From NCBI GenBank assembly GCA_964497535.1, contig CAZCCG010000002.1, positions 169,297-233,296 on the forward strand: a DNA stretch of 64,000 bases. Reading direction: 5' to 3'. Under the pieces are notes generated by a model. It did not search any database. It had not been told where the DNA came from and saw nothing but the letters and a program-made list of their open reading frames with translations. This stretch comes from an uncultured Gammaproteobacteria bacterium (lineage in GTDB: Bacteria > Patescibacteriota > Microgenomatia > Levybacterales > UBA12049). The position numbers and the translations under genes are program-made. Shown one piece after another: positions 54,907 through 64,000 of this stretch. The first letter of the stretch is position 1. Each line of letters begins with the position of its first letter.

Positions 54907-57900
54907 TTAATCTACTTCAAATATAGTGTAGTTTTTATCAAAAGTAAAAATGTAGTTATTGTAAGGAGATGCTGTCTGTGCTTCCGATTTTTTTTGTTTT
55001 GCTTGCGAGATAGTTTCAGATTGGATAATATTAAGACTCGTATCTCTATAAACAAACCATACCCCGTCTGAAAGGCCTACCGGCAAAACCCATGCTTGTC
55101 CTTGTTTAATTGGTACATTTACAAACTGTAATGTTGTATGGACAGGAAACTGAGGGTGTTCAATTCTCAAAGCAGTGAGTGTATCTTGTGTAATAATTCC
55201 GGCTTTTTCCCAATCATTTTTTTGAATATTCAACTCATACCGGTAAAACATCCCTAATAAAATAACAATCACAAAAAGGACTAAGACAAGATGTGATTGT
55301 TTTTTCAAGAATACTGTTAAAAACACATGTAACGCACCCATGACCAATAGGATATAACCAATACTTGAGAAATATGCAAGATTTGGCATAACTATCCCAA
55401 ACGCCAAATAAGGAACGAGAGCAATCAAAAATACACTCATTGCAAAAACAAAGATTCTACGAAACTCCGCATCTGTTCCCTTCCTTTTTCCAAACGTGAG
55501 TAATGCTGTTCCAAGAATAAGTATCCCTATGATAATCCCAACAAATGGCTGAACAACCACCAATAGAGCAAGATAGCTTCCTAAGGTAGGAAGGATATTT
55601 TGTAGAGTATAAGGGACTCCCAATAGTAGTGGCACTCCTGCATGCTGATGGATCAGTAAATATACGGCAATAGCTACAAAGAAAGGTATATATCCAACAC
55701 AGATACTTTTTATATTTCTTCCTTTTGAGAAGATACCATCATAAGTAATAAGCAAGAGTGGAAAAATAAGTGATGAATCATTTGAAAAAAGTGCCAGAAT
55801 CATAAAAACAAGACTGATCAAATAAGAAATCGCTGATTTGGCATCCGTATATTTTATATAGAAATACAATCCATATACGATAAAGAGTACCGATAGGTTA
55901 ACAGGTAATGTCGAAATCCAGAAAATATTCTCACCATGTAACGGTAAGAGACCAAATAAGAATGCAGCAGCAAATCCCCATACCTTACTCTTGAAGAGTT
56001 TAGCAATAAGAAGAAAAACACCAAATGTAATCAACAAGTGAGTCAGAAGTGAAAAGAGATGGTAACCTTGAGGTTGAAGCGAGAAAACTGTATAGAGTGC
56101 GAACATCACCGCTTTAGCAATAGGATTATAAAAACCTGCAGAAATACCGGTAAAATAATGAGGCACATCAGGGAAATTAGATGATGCTGCCAAACGAAGC
56201 CAGATGAAATCCTCACCTACGAAAAAGTTATTAATACTGGGCATAAATACAACCATTATTATTACCAGTAAATAAAAGAAGATCAAAATATTTGATGAAA
56301 ATATTTTTTTCAAATAGAAAATGTAATCAATTTTTTTCTTTTTAAATAGATAGACAACCCCGGCCCCAATCCCGAGTAATATCCACAAGTTTTCAGCTAC
56401 TTTTGAAGCTTCAAATACATCAATAAAAAGGGCATTTACCAAAAGACCTACTACTCCCCCACAAATACCCCATACATAAGCCTGTGGATAATCTGTTTCT
56501 GACAACTCATGCCTATATACATAGAGCAAGATTCCTAATATTAGGAATATCGAAAAAAATGTCAGTAGTCCCAAAAATCCTGACTCTCCCATAAATCTTA
56601 AGTAATCTCCATCCGTAGCCAGAGTAATTGTTGAGAATCCACTTCCCAAGGGGGGAAAACGCAGAAATGCCCTCCAGGCATTTGGCCATTCTGCTTGAAA
56701 CCGTGTTGTAAACGATATGTCATACACCAAAGCCTTTTGAATAAGAAAGCTTCCTGAAACGGTAGATATCTCAACCCCACCATATTTAAGTTTTAGTCTT
56801 TTTGCTTCTTCTGCCGCTATTTTAGACTGGATCACCGCCGATGTAGTTGAAACAGGAGCCTTTGATTGAGGAACGACTATAAAGGATGAACCGGCAGGAA
56901 GATTTTGTGTTGGTGGTGCCGAACCTACCACAACGGGATTTTTGCTTATTCTATTTTGAAGCTCTGTCGGAAGGGTTGAAATGGTTTCCCCAACTACCTG
57001 CCCCTGGTTATTCGTTACAATTGAGGTCAACCGAATGGTATCTAAAAACCTCTTGGCGGTTGATCCGCTAAACAAAAGTAACAAAGAAAAACTGATAATA
57101 AGAATCGGGGGGATAAACTTTTTCTTTTTGGCAAAAACAAGTGCTGCTATCATCCCAACAATATACGCAATAAATGATACACGGGAAGCAGTAAAGATAA
57201 GAAGCATCAGAGCTCCCATGGAAAGAACCAACATTCCCAAACGCGCATACCACTTTTTAAGCATAAGAAAGAGAAGTATCAGAACCGGAATTACGAGTAC
57301 TAAATATGCTGCTAAATCATAATGCCCTCCAAATGTCGAGGTAATTCGACCATCAGGAGGAAGACATAATGGGATTCCTTTGGCAAATTCTTCATTTCCT
57401 GTTTGGAAAGAAGGAAAACAAAATGGATATTTTTCAAAAAATTGAGGAAATTTAGCCCAAAAAAACAGGTAGCTTCTTTGCCCTATCCCGTAGATTACTA
57501 CTCCCGCGATTGCTATGCAAAACACAATAAGATACTGCTTTAAAATCTTTGTTGATGTAATTGTTGAAAAGGCTACAAAAAAGAGAATCATATACTCAAG
57601 TCTACGAAGATACTGCAGAATTGAGACATGAGGAAAAAAATTAGCAATCGTTGGACCAATTAAAATAAGGCCTACTAACAGAGATCCCAATGCACAAATC
57701 CAATAAATACCAAATGGCATGGCCAAAGCAACAGGTATGTGAACTTTTTTCCGCAGCAGCTGAATAAGCCATACTCCTACACTTGTCGCAATCAGAAAAT
57801 CTTCCAAGCGAATATACACCCAGGTTCTTTCAATATGGATACTGGGTAATTTGGGGTATAACGGAATAAAAACGAGTAATAATAGGACTAAGATTCTGAG

Positions 57901-57936
57901 TAGATTTTGGTCAAGAAAGTGTAAGAGCCTCTTCAT
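54907..57936 (-). CDS. Very large polytopic membrane protein (1009 aa); probable O-antigen ligase/polymerase-like domain fused to a GT-C/YfhO-like domain
   Basis: More than 20 hydrophobic segments in two blocks separated by a ~150-aa hydrophilic region; glycan-cluster context. Confidence 0.45.
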   Translation of the reverse strand: MKRLLHFLDQNLLRILVLLLLVFIPLYPKLPSIHIERTWVYIRLEDFLIATSVGVWLIQLLRKKVHIPVALAMPFGIYWICALGSLLVGLILIGPTIANFFPHVSILQYLRRLEYMILFFVAFSTITSTKILKQYLIVFCIAIAGVVIYGIGQRSYLFFWAKFPQFFEKYPFCFPSFQTGNEEFAKGIPLCLPPDGRITSTFGGHYDLAAYLVLVIPVLILLFLMLKKWYARLGMLVLSMGALMLLIFTASRVSFIAYIVGMIAALVFAKKKKFIPPILIISFSLLLLFSGSTAKRFLDTIRLTSIVTNNQGQVVGETISTLPTELQNRISKNPVVVGSAPPTQNLPAGSSFIVVPQSKAPVSTTSAVIQSKIAAEEAKRLKLKYGGVEISTVSGSFLIQKALVYDISFTTRFQAEWPNAWRAFLRFPPLGSGFSTITLATDGDYLRFMGESGFLGLLTFFSIFLILGILLYVYRHELSETDYPQAYVWGICGGVVGLLVNALFIDVFEASKVAENLWILLGIGAGVVYLFKKKKIDYIFYLKKIFSSNILIFFYLLVIIMVVFMPSINNFFVGEDFIWLRLAASSNFPDVPHYFTGISAGFYNPIAKAVMFALYTVFSLQPQGYHLFSLLTHLLITFGVFLLIAKLFKSKVWGFAAAFLFGLLPLHGENIFWISTLPVNLSVLFIVYGLYFYIKYTDAKSAISYLISLVFMILALFSNDSSLIFPLLLITYDGIFSKGRNIKSICVGYIPFFVAIAVYLLIHQHAGVPLLLGVPYTLQNILPTLGSYLALLVVVQPFVGIIIGILILGTALLTFGKRKGTDAEFRRIFVFAMSVFLIALVPYLAFGIVMPNLAYFSSIGYILLVMGALHVFLTVFLKKQSHLVLVLFVIVILLGMFYRYELNIQKNDWEKAGIITQDTLTALRIEHPQFPVHTTLQFVNVPIKQGQAWVLPVGLSDGVWFVYRDTSLNIIQSETISQAKQKKSEAQTASPYNNYIFTFDKNYTIFEVD

Positions 57937-58786
57937 ATGTCTTTGTAAGATATGTATTATCTAATATTTTCCCTAAAAAGATCAATACCCGAGCTTTCAT
58001 ACGCAGAGCACCACGAACTACTCTGTATTCCAGGGATGATTTATGTTTTTTATAGAAATATAACAATCCTTCGTAAATGTGTACAATGGCAAAACTTCTA
58101 TTGCTACTACCATGTTGCTTATGAATAATTGTAACAGATGGGTAATAATATGTCAGATATCCTTTTTTGAAAGCTCTATAACAGAGCTCCATATCTTCTA
58201 AATACATAAAAAAAGTTTCATCAAACCCTCCTAGTTCATCAAACATATTTTTTTGCACCATCATAGATCCCCCGCTTACCCAATCTACTTGGGAAATATG
58301 AGAAGGTGAAAAACGTGATAGTCCGAACCGCTCTGCTCCGATAAGCATCAGAAGTACAATTGATAGAGTATAAAATGTTCCTGCATATAATTGGGCTGAC
58401 CCATCTGGATTTGACAGTTTGCCTCCCAGAATTCCTACTTTTTCATTTTTTTCCAAAAATTCAACCATTCCATCTAATCCCTTATCTTCTATTTGAGTAT
58501 CTGAATTAAGAAATAACAACAGTCTTGCGGATGCATGTTTTGCACCGATATTACATCCCTTTGCAAACCCGTAATTTTTGTTGTTTTCAATAAATTTGAT
58601 ATGGGTTGCCCATTTCTGTGATTTAAGAAATGGTATTGAACCATCTGTAGAAGCATTATCAACAATAATTATTTCAAATTTTCTTTCTGATATTTCTTCC
58701 TGATATTGTTTTAGAAGGGACTGAATACAAATTGTTATTAAATCTTTGGTATTAAAACTGAGGATAATAATTGAAAGAGTTGTCAT
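57911..58786 (-). CDS. Glycosyltransferase family 2 (GT-A)
   Basis: LSIIILSFNTKDLITICIQSL, DNASTDGS; 291 aa. Confidence 0.85.
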   Translation of the reverse strand: MTTLSIIILSFNTKDLITICIQSLLKQYQEEISERKFEIIIVDNASTDGSIPFLKSQKWATHIKFIENNKNYGFAKGCNIGAKHASARLLLFLNSDTQIEDKGLDGMVEFLEKNEKVGILGGKLSNPDGSAQLYAGTFYTLSIVLLMLIGAERFGLSRFSPSHISQVDWVSGGSMMVQKNMFDELGGFDETFFMYLEDMELCYRAFKKGYLTYYYPSVTIIHKQHGSSNRSFAIVHIYEGLLYFYKKHKSSLEYRVVRGALRMKARVLIFLGKILDNTYLTKTYEEALTLS

Positions 58787-58798
58787 GCGTTTTGTCAG

Positions 58799-59392
58799 TT
58801 AGCGAAACCAGGCTGCTCTGCCAAGTTTATAATGAAGATCTTTTACGTTTCGCACTCCAATCTGTTTTGCAGGTACTCCACCAACAATCTGCATTGATGC
58901 TACATCTTTAGTCACAACCGCACCTGCTCCTACCACTGCTCCTTTTTTAATTGTCACTCCGGGCAGAATAATTGCACGAGGCCCGATAAAAACATAATCT
59001 TCAATAATAACGGGTTCTGTTTGGGCTTCAAAGCTTTCACTCTGGATATTATGTTCACCATTATAAATCATTACCTGTGAAGCAATATCAACATGGTCTC
59101 CAATTCGAATCGTATCCCGACCATCTAATATAACTTCTTCTCCTATAATCGAATCGTGTCCAATAACAATGTTTTCCGGTTTATAAAACCTGGCACCTGT
59201 GTGAATAGTTGTCCCTTTCCCAATGTGTATGCCCGCCATTCGGTAAAAAAATCTTCGAATATGATGAGCGGGAAGGTATCCAATACCGCTGAGAAGAAAA
59301 AGAACAAATTCATCCAAGACGGTATCTGCTCGTACTATTGATTTTTTGACAATTTGGGAATGAGAGAGGCTATTTCCGTACTTATCCTGCAT
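58799..59392 (-). CDS. Hexapeptide-repeat (left-handed beta-helix) acetyltransferase
   Basis: Repeated [LIV]-G-x-x-x-x hexapeptides (IGHDSIIGEEVILDGRDTIRIGDHVDIASQV); maltose/galactoside O-acetyltransferase-like. Confidence 0.85.
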   Translation of the reverse strand: MQDKYGNSLSHSQIVKKSIVRADTVLDEFVLFLLSGIGYLPAHHIRRFFYRMAGIHIGKGTTIHTGARFYKPENIVIGHDSIIGEEVILDGRDTIRIGDHVDIASQVMIYNGEHNIQSESFEAQTEPVIIEDYVFIGPRAIILPGVTIKKGAVVGAGAVVTKDVASMQIVGGVPAKQIGVRNVKDLHYKLGRAAWFR

Positions 59393-60515
59393 GATTTCCC
59401 CCTACTTCTTGTAATATTTCAAGAGTTTTTTTTGCGGTTTTTTCCCAACTGAATTTTTTTACTTGTTGATATCCTTTTTCTGTCATAGCATCTCTCAGTT
59501 TTTTATCTGCCAGAAGCTTTTCCATAGCATGGGTAATTTCATCAATATTCATCGGATCAATATAGAAAGCAGCATCTCCTCCTGCTTCAGGCAATGAAGA
59601 AACATTGCTGGTAATTACCGGACATCCCAGAGACATTGCCTCCAAAACAGGTAACCCAAATCCCTCATACAGACTGGGCAAAATAAAAAATAAAGCATGC
59701 TTATAGAGTGCATGAAGCTGGTCATCATTTACGAACTCAAGGAATTTGACATGCTCTTCAACTCCATAAAGTTTTGGTGCTGCCAAAATTTCTTCATACA
59801 ACCATCCCTTCTTCCCAACAATCAGCAACTGAGGAATCTTTTTGGGGTCTTTTAATAATTTCGAATAAGCTTCAACGAGTCTAACGATATTTTTTCGAGG
59901 CTGGAGCGTTCCCACAAACAGGATATAGTCTTTGGATATTCCATATTTTTCTTGCAGAGAATCGATATCTACTGTTTTGGTCATAGATATAGCTTTGATC
60001 CCAAGGTATGTTACGGCAACCTTATCCTGGGAAACACTGTAGAATTTGATTATATCACGTTTGGATGCTTCACTGATTGTAAGAATCTTTGTGGCATTCT
60101 TTACAGAATATGCGGTCCAATTTTGAAGCTGATACAGATCTTTTGCTGTAAATAATTGCGGATAGTGTATATAAGAAAGATCCATAATAGAAATAACTGT
60201 TGGAACAGGGCAAAAACGTGGAGCATAATGCGTCGGTGAAAAAAAGACAGAAGGCCTTGGACTATGAGTATATAAATCAAAAGGAAGCCCAAATTGCGTC
60301 CAAAGTTTAGCCGGTTTCACAATTCTATAATGCCATTTCTCACTCTCTTTTGGAAAATCGCTACCAGGCTGACGCTTTAAATATATTTGATATTTAATAT
60401 TTGGTATTTGATATTCGTTGAATTGATCCAACAACTCAAAACCATATTCACTAATACCTACCTTATTCACAACATTTGCTTCATTACCATCAATTCCTAT
60501 TATCATAACTTTCAA
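59382..60515 (-). CDS. Glycosyltransferase family 4 (GT-B)
   Basis: GT4 N- and C-domains ([19 protein letters not shown]); 377 aa. Confidence 0.8.
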   Translation of the reverse strand: MKVMIIGIDGNEANVVNKVGISEYGFELLDQFNEYQIPNIKYQIYLKRQPGSDFPKESEKWHYRIVKPAKLWTQFGLPFDLYTHSPRPSVFFSPTHYAPRFCPVPTVISIMDLSYIHYPQLFTAKDLYQLQNWTAYSVKNATKILTISEASKRDIIKFYSVSQDKVAVTYLGIKAISMTKTVDIDSLQEKYGISKDYILFVGTLQPRKNIVRLVEAYSKLLKDPKKIPQLLIVGKKGWLYEEILAAPKLYGVEEHVKFLEFVNDDQLHALYKHALFFILPSLYEGFGLPVLEAMSLGCPVITSNVSSLPEAGGDAAFYIDPMNIDEITHAMEKLLADKKLRDAMTEKGYQQVKKFSWEKTAKKTLEILQEVGGNHAG

Positions 60516-60524
60516 CTTTATAAA

Positions 60525-61058
60525 CTAAATCCCCGGGTATACTACTGTTAATTTCTCAGGGGATATTTTTAGTATCTCTACAGCATCTTTTTTTGTCGCC
60601 TCAGAAATACAAATAATCGTATCGCATTCTTTCTTAACCCATTCAAGCCGCTTTTTCTGCACAGTAACAATTTTTGAATCTGTTTCTTGCGGATATTTGT
60701 ATATCACCAAATCATACAAAATAGTCACATTTTTTGCATTTGTAGGTGGCTGTGTCCAATCTGAAGAGATAAATAAATCAATATCTCCTATCAACCACTC
60801 TATTGGGATAATATGAAATCTATTCCATACTAAATTAAGTAGTATCGGAGGAAATTTGAATTCTTTAATTTTAACTTTTGAATTGGAATTTTGAATTTTT
60901 AATTTTGAGTTTTGAATTCTCTTTCTCATACTTGAGTAGAATAAAACATACTCATTTTCCCGATCTTGCTCAATAATATAGTGGACAAGATTCACAAGAT
61001 AATTTGCGACTCCGGTATCAGGATATGCAAGTTGGCTAATGTCAATTCCAATTCTCAT
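60525..61058 (-). CDS. GT4 N-terminal-domain-only protein (split or truncated glycosyltransferase) carrying a low-complexity repeat insertion
   Basis: MRIGIDISQLAYPDTGVANY resembles a GT4 N-domain start; only 177 aa; contains an NSKLKIQNSNSKVKIKEF segment encoded by the AATTTTGA-type DNA repeat. Confidence 0.5.
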   Translation of the reverse strand: MRIGIDISQLAYPDTGVANYLVNLVHYIIEQDRENEYVLFYSSMRKRIQNSKLKIQNSNSKVKIKEFKFPPILLNLVWNRFHIIPIEWLIGDIDLFISSDWTQPPTNAKNVTILYDLVIYKYPQETDSKIVTVQKKRLEWVKKECDTIICISEATKKDAVEILKISPEKLTVVYPGI

Positions 61059-61061
61059 AAG

Positions 61062-61280
61062 TTATCGTTTCTTTAGACCCACAATATATAATAGTATAGC
61101 CAATAAAAAAAATCCCGCTGCATACCATGTGAGACGCTCTGCTGTGAAAAAAATCCATTTTGCAAAAAGAGGAATGGAAAAGAGGAGACACAACAATCCA
61201 GCTGATACTAATAAATATCTCTTATGGATACCAACGAGTATGATTGCTGTAATAATAAATATTATATCCTGTATTTTCAT
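61062..61280 (-). CDS. Small membrane protein (72 aa, 2 TM)
   Basis: Hydrophobic ORF whose start overlaps the stop of the upstream gene. Confidence 0.4.
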   Translation of the reverse strand: MKIQDIIFIITAIILVGIHKRYLLVSAGLLCLLFSIPLFAKWIFFTAERLTWYAAGFFLLAILLYIVGLKKR

Positions 61281-63250
61281 GTTTTTTTCTTGTTACTCTT
61301 CAGCGCTATTATCATAATAATCCATAGTATGAAACTAATACAACTTATGAATAACCCAATATTTATTATTTGCTGAGGTTGATAATAAACTGTAGCTGTA
61401 TAATCACCATCTCTTTGGATAGTGAAGCTATTCAGCCGGTTATTATAAATCCTGGCAGGCTGGGAAATATCATTTGTTTTCATCATCCAATTTTTATCAA
61501 AATTTTGGGAAAAAACTACTTGGTCACCTTTTTTTACATTCTCAAAATGGAGGATATATTCTGTAGGATTCATTCTGGTATAGGTAATCTTTGATAAAGA
61601 TCCGGGAATCAAAAATTGAGAATAATATTGCTGGGTTTCATATATGACTATTTTCCCAATTCTCTTTTTTGCTTTTAGAGCTGGTATTTGATCAAGGCTA
61701 TGTACTGTATTTTGGTACATAGTTGGATCATATGTATTATCTCTGATAAAGATTGTCCCTAAACTGTCATAAGGAACAATAATATATCTTACTCCCAATT
61801 CTTTTAGTAAATTGTACGACCCGGGGTCGGATAATATTTTTACTACTTCACTTAATGAATTTGTCTTATAAAGTCCATAGGCATTCAAAGCCGGATGTTG
61901 AGGGGAATTATAAAAAAATTTCTGTAGTGAAGGTACCCATAATGTTCTATAAAAATCAGGATCTTTACTAATATAATTTTTTAACTGAATATATTCAGAG
62001 GGTAATTCATATGGTTTAAAAAGTCCGCTCAACTGTCCCATCCACAAAGGACGATATAAAACAACCATATAAATAACTACAAATAAGAGGAGTATTTTCT
62101 GCCATGGGATATTCTTTTTTTTCACATGATATGTAATAAATTCACTCCATAACACAATACCTAGAGGTATAAGCACTGCATATGCCAATGAAATAACGCT
62201 ATAGAACTTCATGGGATCGCGGAACATATAAAAACCGGGTATGTGGCTAAATAAAAATAAATAGAGTTCTCCAAAAGGAGGATTCGCTCCTTTTCCCAAA
62301 AAACTTCCTATCAGTGCCAGAAAAGCAAACAATAAAATGAAGAATTTTGTTTTTCGCTGTAGTAGTTTACTGCTTTCTATAAATAAGAGTACCGAAAAAG
62401 ACATAAAGGGAATAAATAAAAATTCAGGTTTCATAAAGGATACTTTGCCAAAAATATTTGTCGGCCAATTTGCTTGTAATAGCGAAAATGAATTTTCAAA
62501 TTGAGCAAAGCTAAAAAAACGCACAGCCTGTAAACTGTTATATGCCGACCCCAATTGTTCCACAGGATTTTGTCGATATACAATAAGCGGCAAAATCCAA
62601 AATAAATCAAGTACGAAAATTGAAATGAAAGGGATAACAATTCCATATATAAAAATAAGTTTTATTGATTTCATTTGGAAATCTTTCATAATCACGAACA
62701 GATAATAAAGTACAACCATCAGAAAGGTAATATATGCTATCCGTGGATCGAATATAACTTGAAGACTTGCAAGTAATCCCGCAAATAAAGAATTCCGCAG
62801 TAATATAAGGTGAGAAGATTGATTTTCCTCATATGGCAGGGTTTTTATAAACCGTGCCAAAACGAATGGGGCAAATGAATACGAGAATAAAATTCCCAAC
62901 TGTCCACCGCCAAAAGTCATTAAAAAATACGTATTAAAGATATAGATTAGTCCTGCCAAAAACGAAAGTGGAACCGTGGGGAAAAGGGCTTTATACAAAT
63001 ATCTTGCAGAAAAAAAAGTGATAATCCATGGAGGAATAAACCAGAAAATAATACTTACAATATTCCAAGGAATACCAAGACTACTTATCCAGGCAGTAAA
63101 ACCAAGATAGGTATCAATACCCAGCGTGCCAAAAGAAGGCATACCCAAACCATTATTTAAATAGGAATCCCAACCGGAAGGAAAATGAGTCAAATAAGAA
63201 ATAGCTTCTTTCCAGAAAAACGGCCAATCATTGGCAACTAAAACAATCAT
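61277..63250 (-). CDS. Large polytopic membrane protein (YfhO/GT-C-like), glycan assembly
   Basis: 657 aa, ≥12 TM, large C-terminal extracytoplasmic domain; context. Confidence 0.5.
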   Translation of the reverse strand: MIVLVANDWPFFWKEAISYLTHFPSGWDSYLNNGLGMPSFGTLGIDTYLGFTAWISSLGIPWNIVSIIFWFIPPWIITFFSARYLYKALFPTVPLSFLAGLIYIFNTYFLMTFGGGQLGILFSYSFAPFVLARFIKTLPYEENQSSHLILLRNSLFAGLLASLQVIFDPRIAYITFLMVVLYYLFVIMKDFQMKSIKLIFIYGIVIPFISIFVLDLFWILPLIVYRQNPVEQLGSAYNSLQAVRFFSFAQFENSFSLLQANWPTNIFGKVSFMKPEFLFIPFMSFSVLLFIESSKLLQRKTKFFILLFAFLALIGSFLGKGANPPFGELYLFLFSHIPGFYMFRDPMKFYSVISLAYAVLIPLGIVLWSEFITYHVKKKNIPWQKILLLFVVIYMVVLYRPLWMGQLSGLFKPYELPSEYIQLKNYISKDPDFYRTLWVPSLQKFFYNSPQHPALNAYGLYKTNSLSEVVKILSDPGSYNLLKELGVRYIIVPYDSLGTIFIRDNTYDPTMYQNTVHSLDQIPALKAKKRIGKIVIYETQQYYSQFLIPGSLSKITYTRMNPTEYILHFENVKKGDQVVFSQNFDKNWMMKTNDISQPARIYNNRLNSFTIQRDGDYTATVYYQPQQIINIGLFISCISFILWIIMIIALKSNKKKT

Positions 63251-63618
63251 AATGGAGTTTTCTGCTTTCTTATCTCTGTAAGGGATAGAATTATATACGT
63301 AGCCAATAATAAATAACTTATATCTCCGGAAATCTCAAGCGGGGCTGTAAAACCAATAATCGCAAAAATACAGGCGGGAATAAATAAACAAATTCCAACC
63401 AAAAGTACTAGTTCTTTTTGAGGTCTAAAGAGTATCAGAAATGCTACCCAGTCAACGAGATAAGGGAAAAATACAATTAATATATTTATTAGGTTCAGAT
63501 AAGGTAAATTTACTAATGATGATACACAAAAATGTAATAACAAAATAAATAAGATCTTAGCAATATTCTTTTCATACCCCAAATAGATCTTTTTAATTGA
63601 ATTAGTAATTTTTTTCAT
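63247..63618 (-). CDS. Small polytopic membrane protein (GtrA-like?)
   Basis: 123 aa, 3–4 TM, start overlaps the upstream stop; GtrA-like flippase-accessory assignment is speculative. Confidence 0.35.
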   Translation of the reverse strand: MKKITNSIKKIYLGYEKNIAKILFILLLHFCVSSLVNLPYLNLINILIVFFPYLVDWVAFLILFRPQKELVLLVGICLFIPACIFAIIGFTAPLEISGDISYLLLATYIILSLTEIRKQKTPL

Positions 63619-63649
63619 TTTGTTCTTCTCTTTATTATGACAATTAATA

Positions 63650-64000
63650 ACCCACCAATAGTTATAACCAAGGAAACAACCATTATAATGAAGCTTTTAT
63701 CAACAATATCTTGTATGGTATACGTAATAACTCCCTGCCCTCCATTATTTATCAACCAGGCATTTATATGTCCGTTGGCGGTAAAACTGTTTTGATCGTT
63801 AAATCCTGATAACTTCCAGTTAGGACTGAATGATTTATCCAGGAGAATAATATTTTGCCCATTATCTTTAATATCTACTGTATACTTAGTCTGATTAATC
63901 CTATTATAACTGTAATCTACCCCTGGCGCTGAGAAATCCCCTTTCTTATAAAAAACGATATCCGGTGTGACCGATTGCCTGATTTTAAGATTTATTACTT
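63650..64000 (-). CDS. Probable 3' end of a further minus-strand gene extending beyond the window
   Basis: No start codon in the window, so it is absent from the ORF track; gene density and minus-strand polarity suggest continuation; not verified by translation. Confidence 0.2.

Noticed and set aside
1-64000. tRNA, rRNA or tmRNA genes
   Set aside because: No cloverleaf-like GC-rich ~75-nt segments with a T-loop GTTCGAATC-type motif were found by eye in intergenic spaces. The intergenic regions are short and AT-rich. tRNAscan/Infernal would be needed to be definitive.

Overview
Low-GC (~35%), gene-dense bacterial window in which almost every gene is on the minus strand. Small proteins, fused or split enzymes and compact operons suggest a reduced-genome (CPR/Patescibacteria-like) lineage; that assignment is inference. 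Roughly 7.7–42.2 kb is one co-directional division/cell-wall (dcw) supercluster: mraZ-rsmH-ftsL-ftsI-[GC-rich island]-murE-like-pgeF-murC-murB-murA-UDP-GlcNAc module (nucleotidyltransferase, GNAT, glmS)-hydrolase-TM-fused murF-like ligase-DegT aminotransferase-FemAB-mraY-ftsW-murG-ftsQ-like-ftsA-288-aa unknown-ftsZ-[second GC-rich islet]-LCP-purA. The 5' end (1–7.5 kb) carries typA (partial), a GH18-like hydrolase, Asp racemase, hflX, an FKBP PPIase, metK preceded by an S-box/SAM-I-like riboswitch, and two convergent Tyr/Pro-rich small secreted proteins. After glyQS and recO, the 3' third (47.3–64 kb) is a surface-polysaccharide/glycosylation locus with a priming sugar transferase, GT2/GT4 glycosyltransferases, an LbH acetyltransferase and very large polytopic membrane proteins. 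No rRNA, tRNA, CRISPR array, transposase or integrase was recognised. The most unusual content is a ~5.8 kb high-GC (~55–60%) insertion splitting ftsI from murE inside the dcw cluster. It encodes an N-terminal GHKL (MutL/MORC-like) ATPase with a C-terminal beta-sandwich domain, a 588-aa protein built of three tandem ~120-aa repeats (with 37-nt perfect DNA repeats), and two further unknown proteins. It is bounded by GC-rich hairpins without U-tracts. A second, smaller GC-rich islet sits between ftsZ and the LCP gene. Both are candidate horizontally acquired and possibly undescribed systems.
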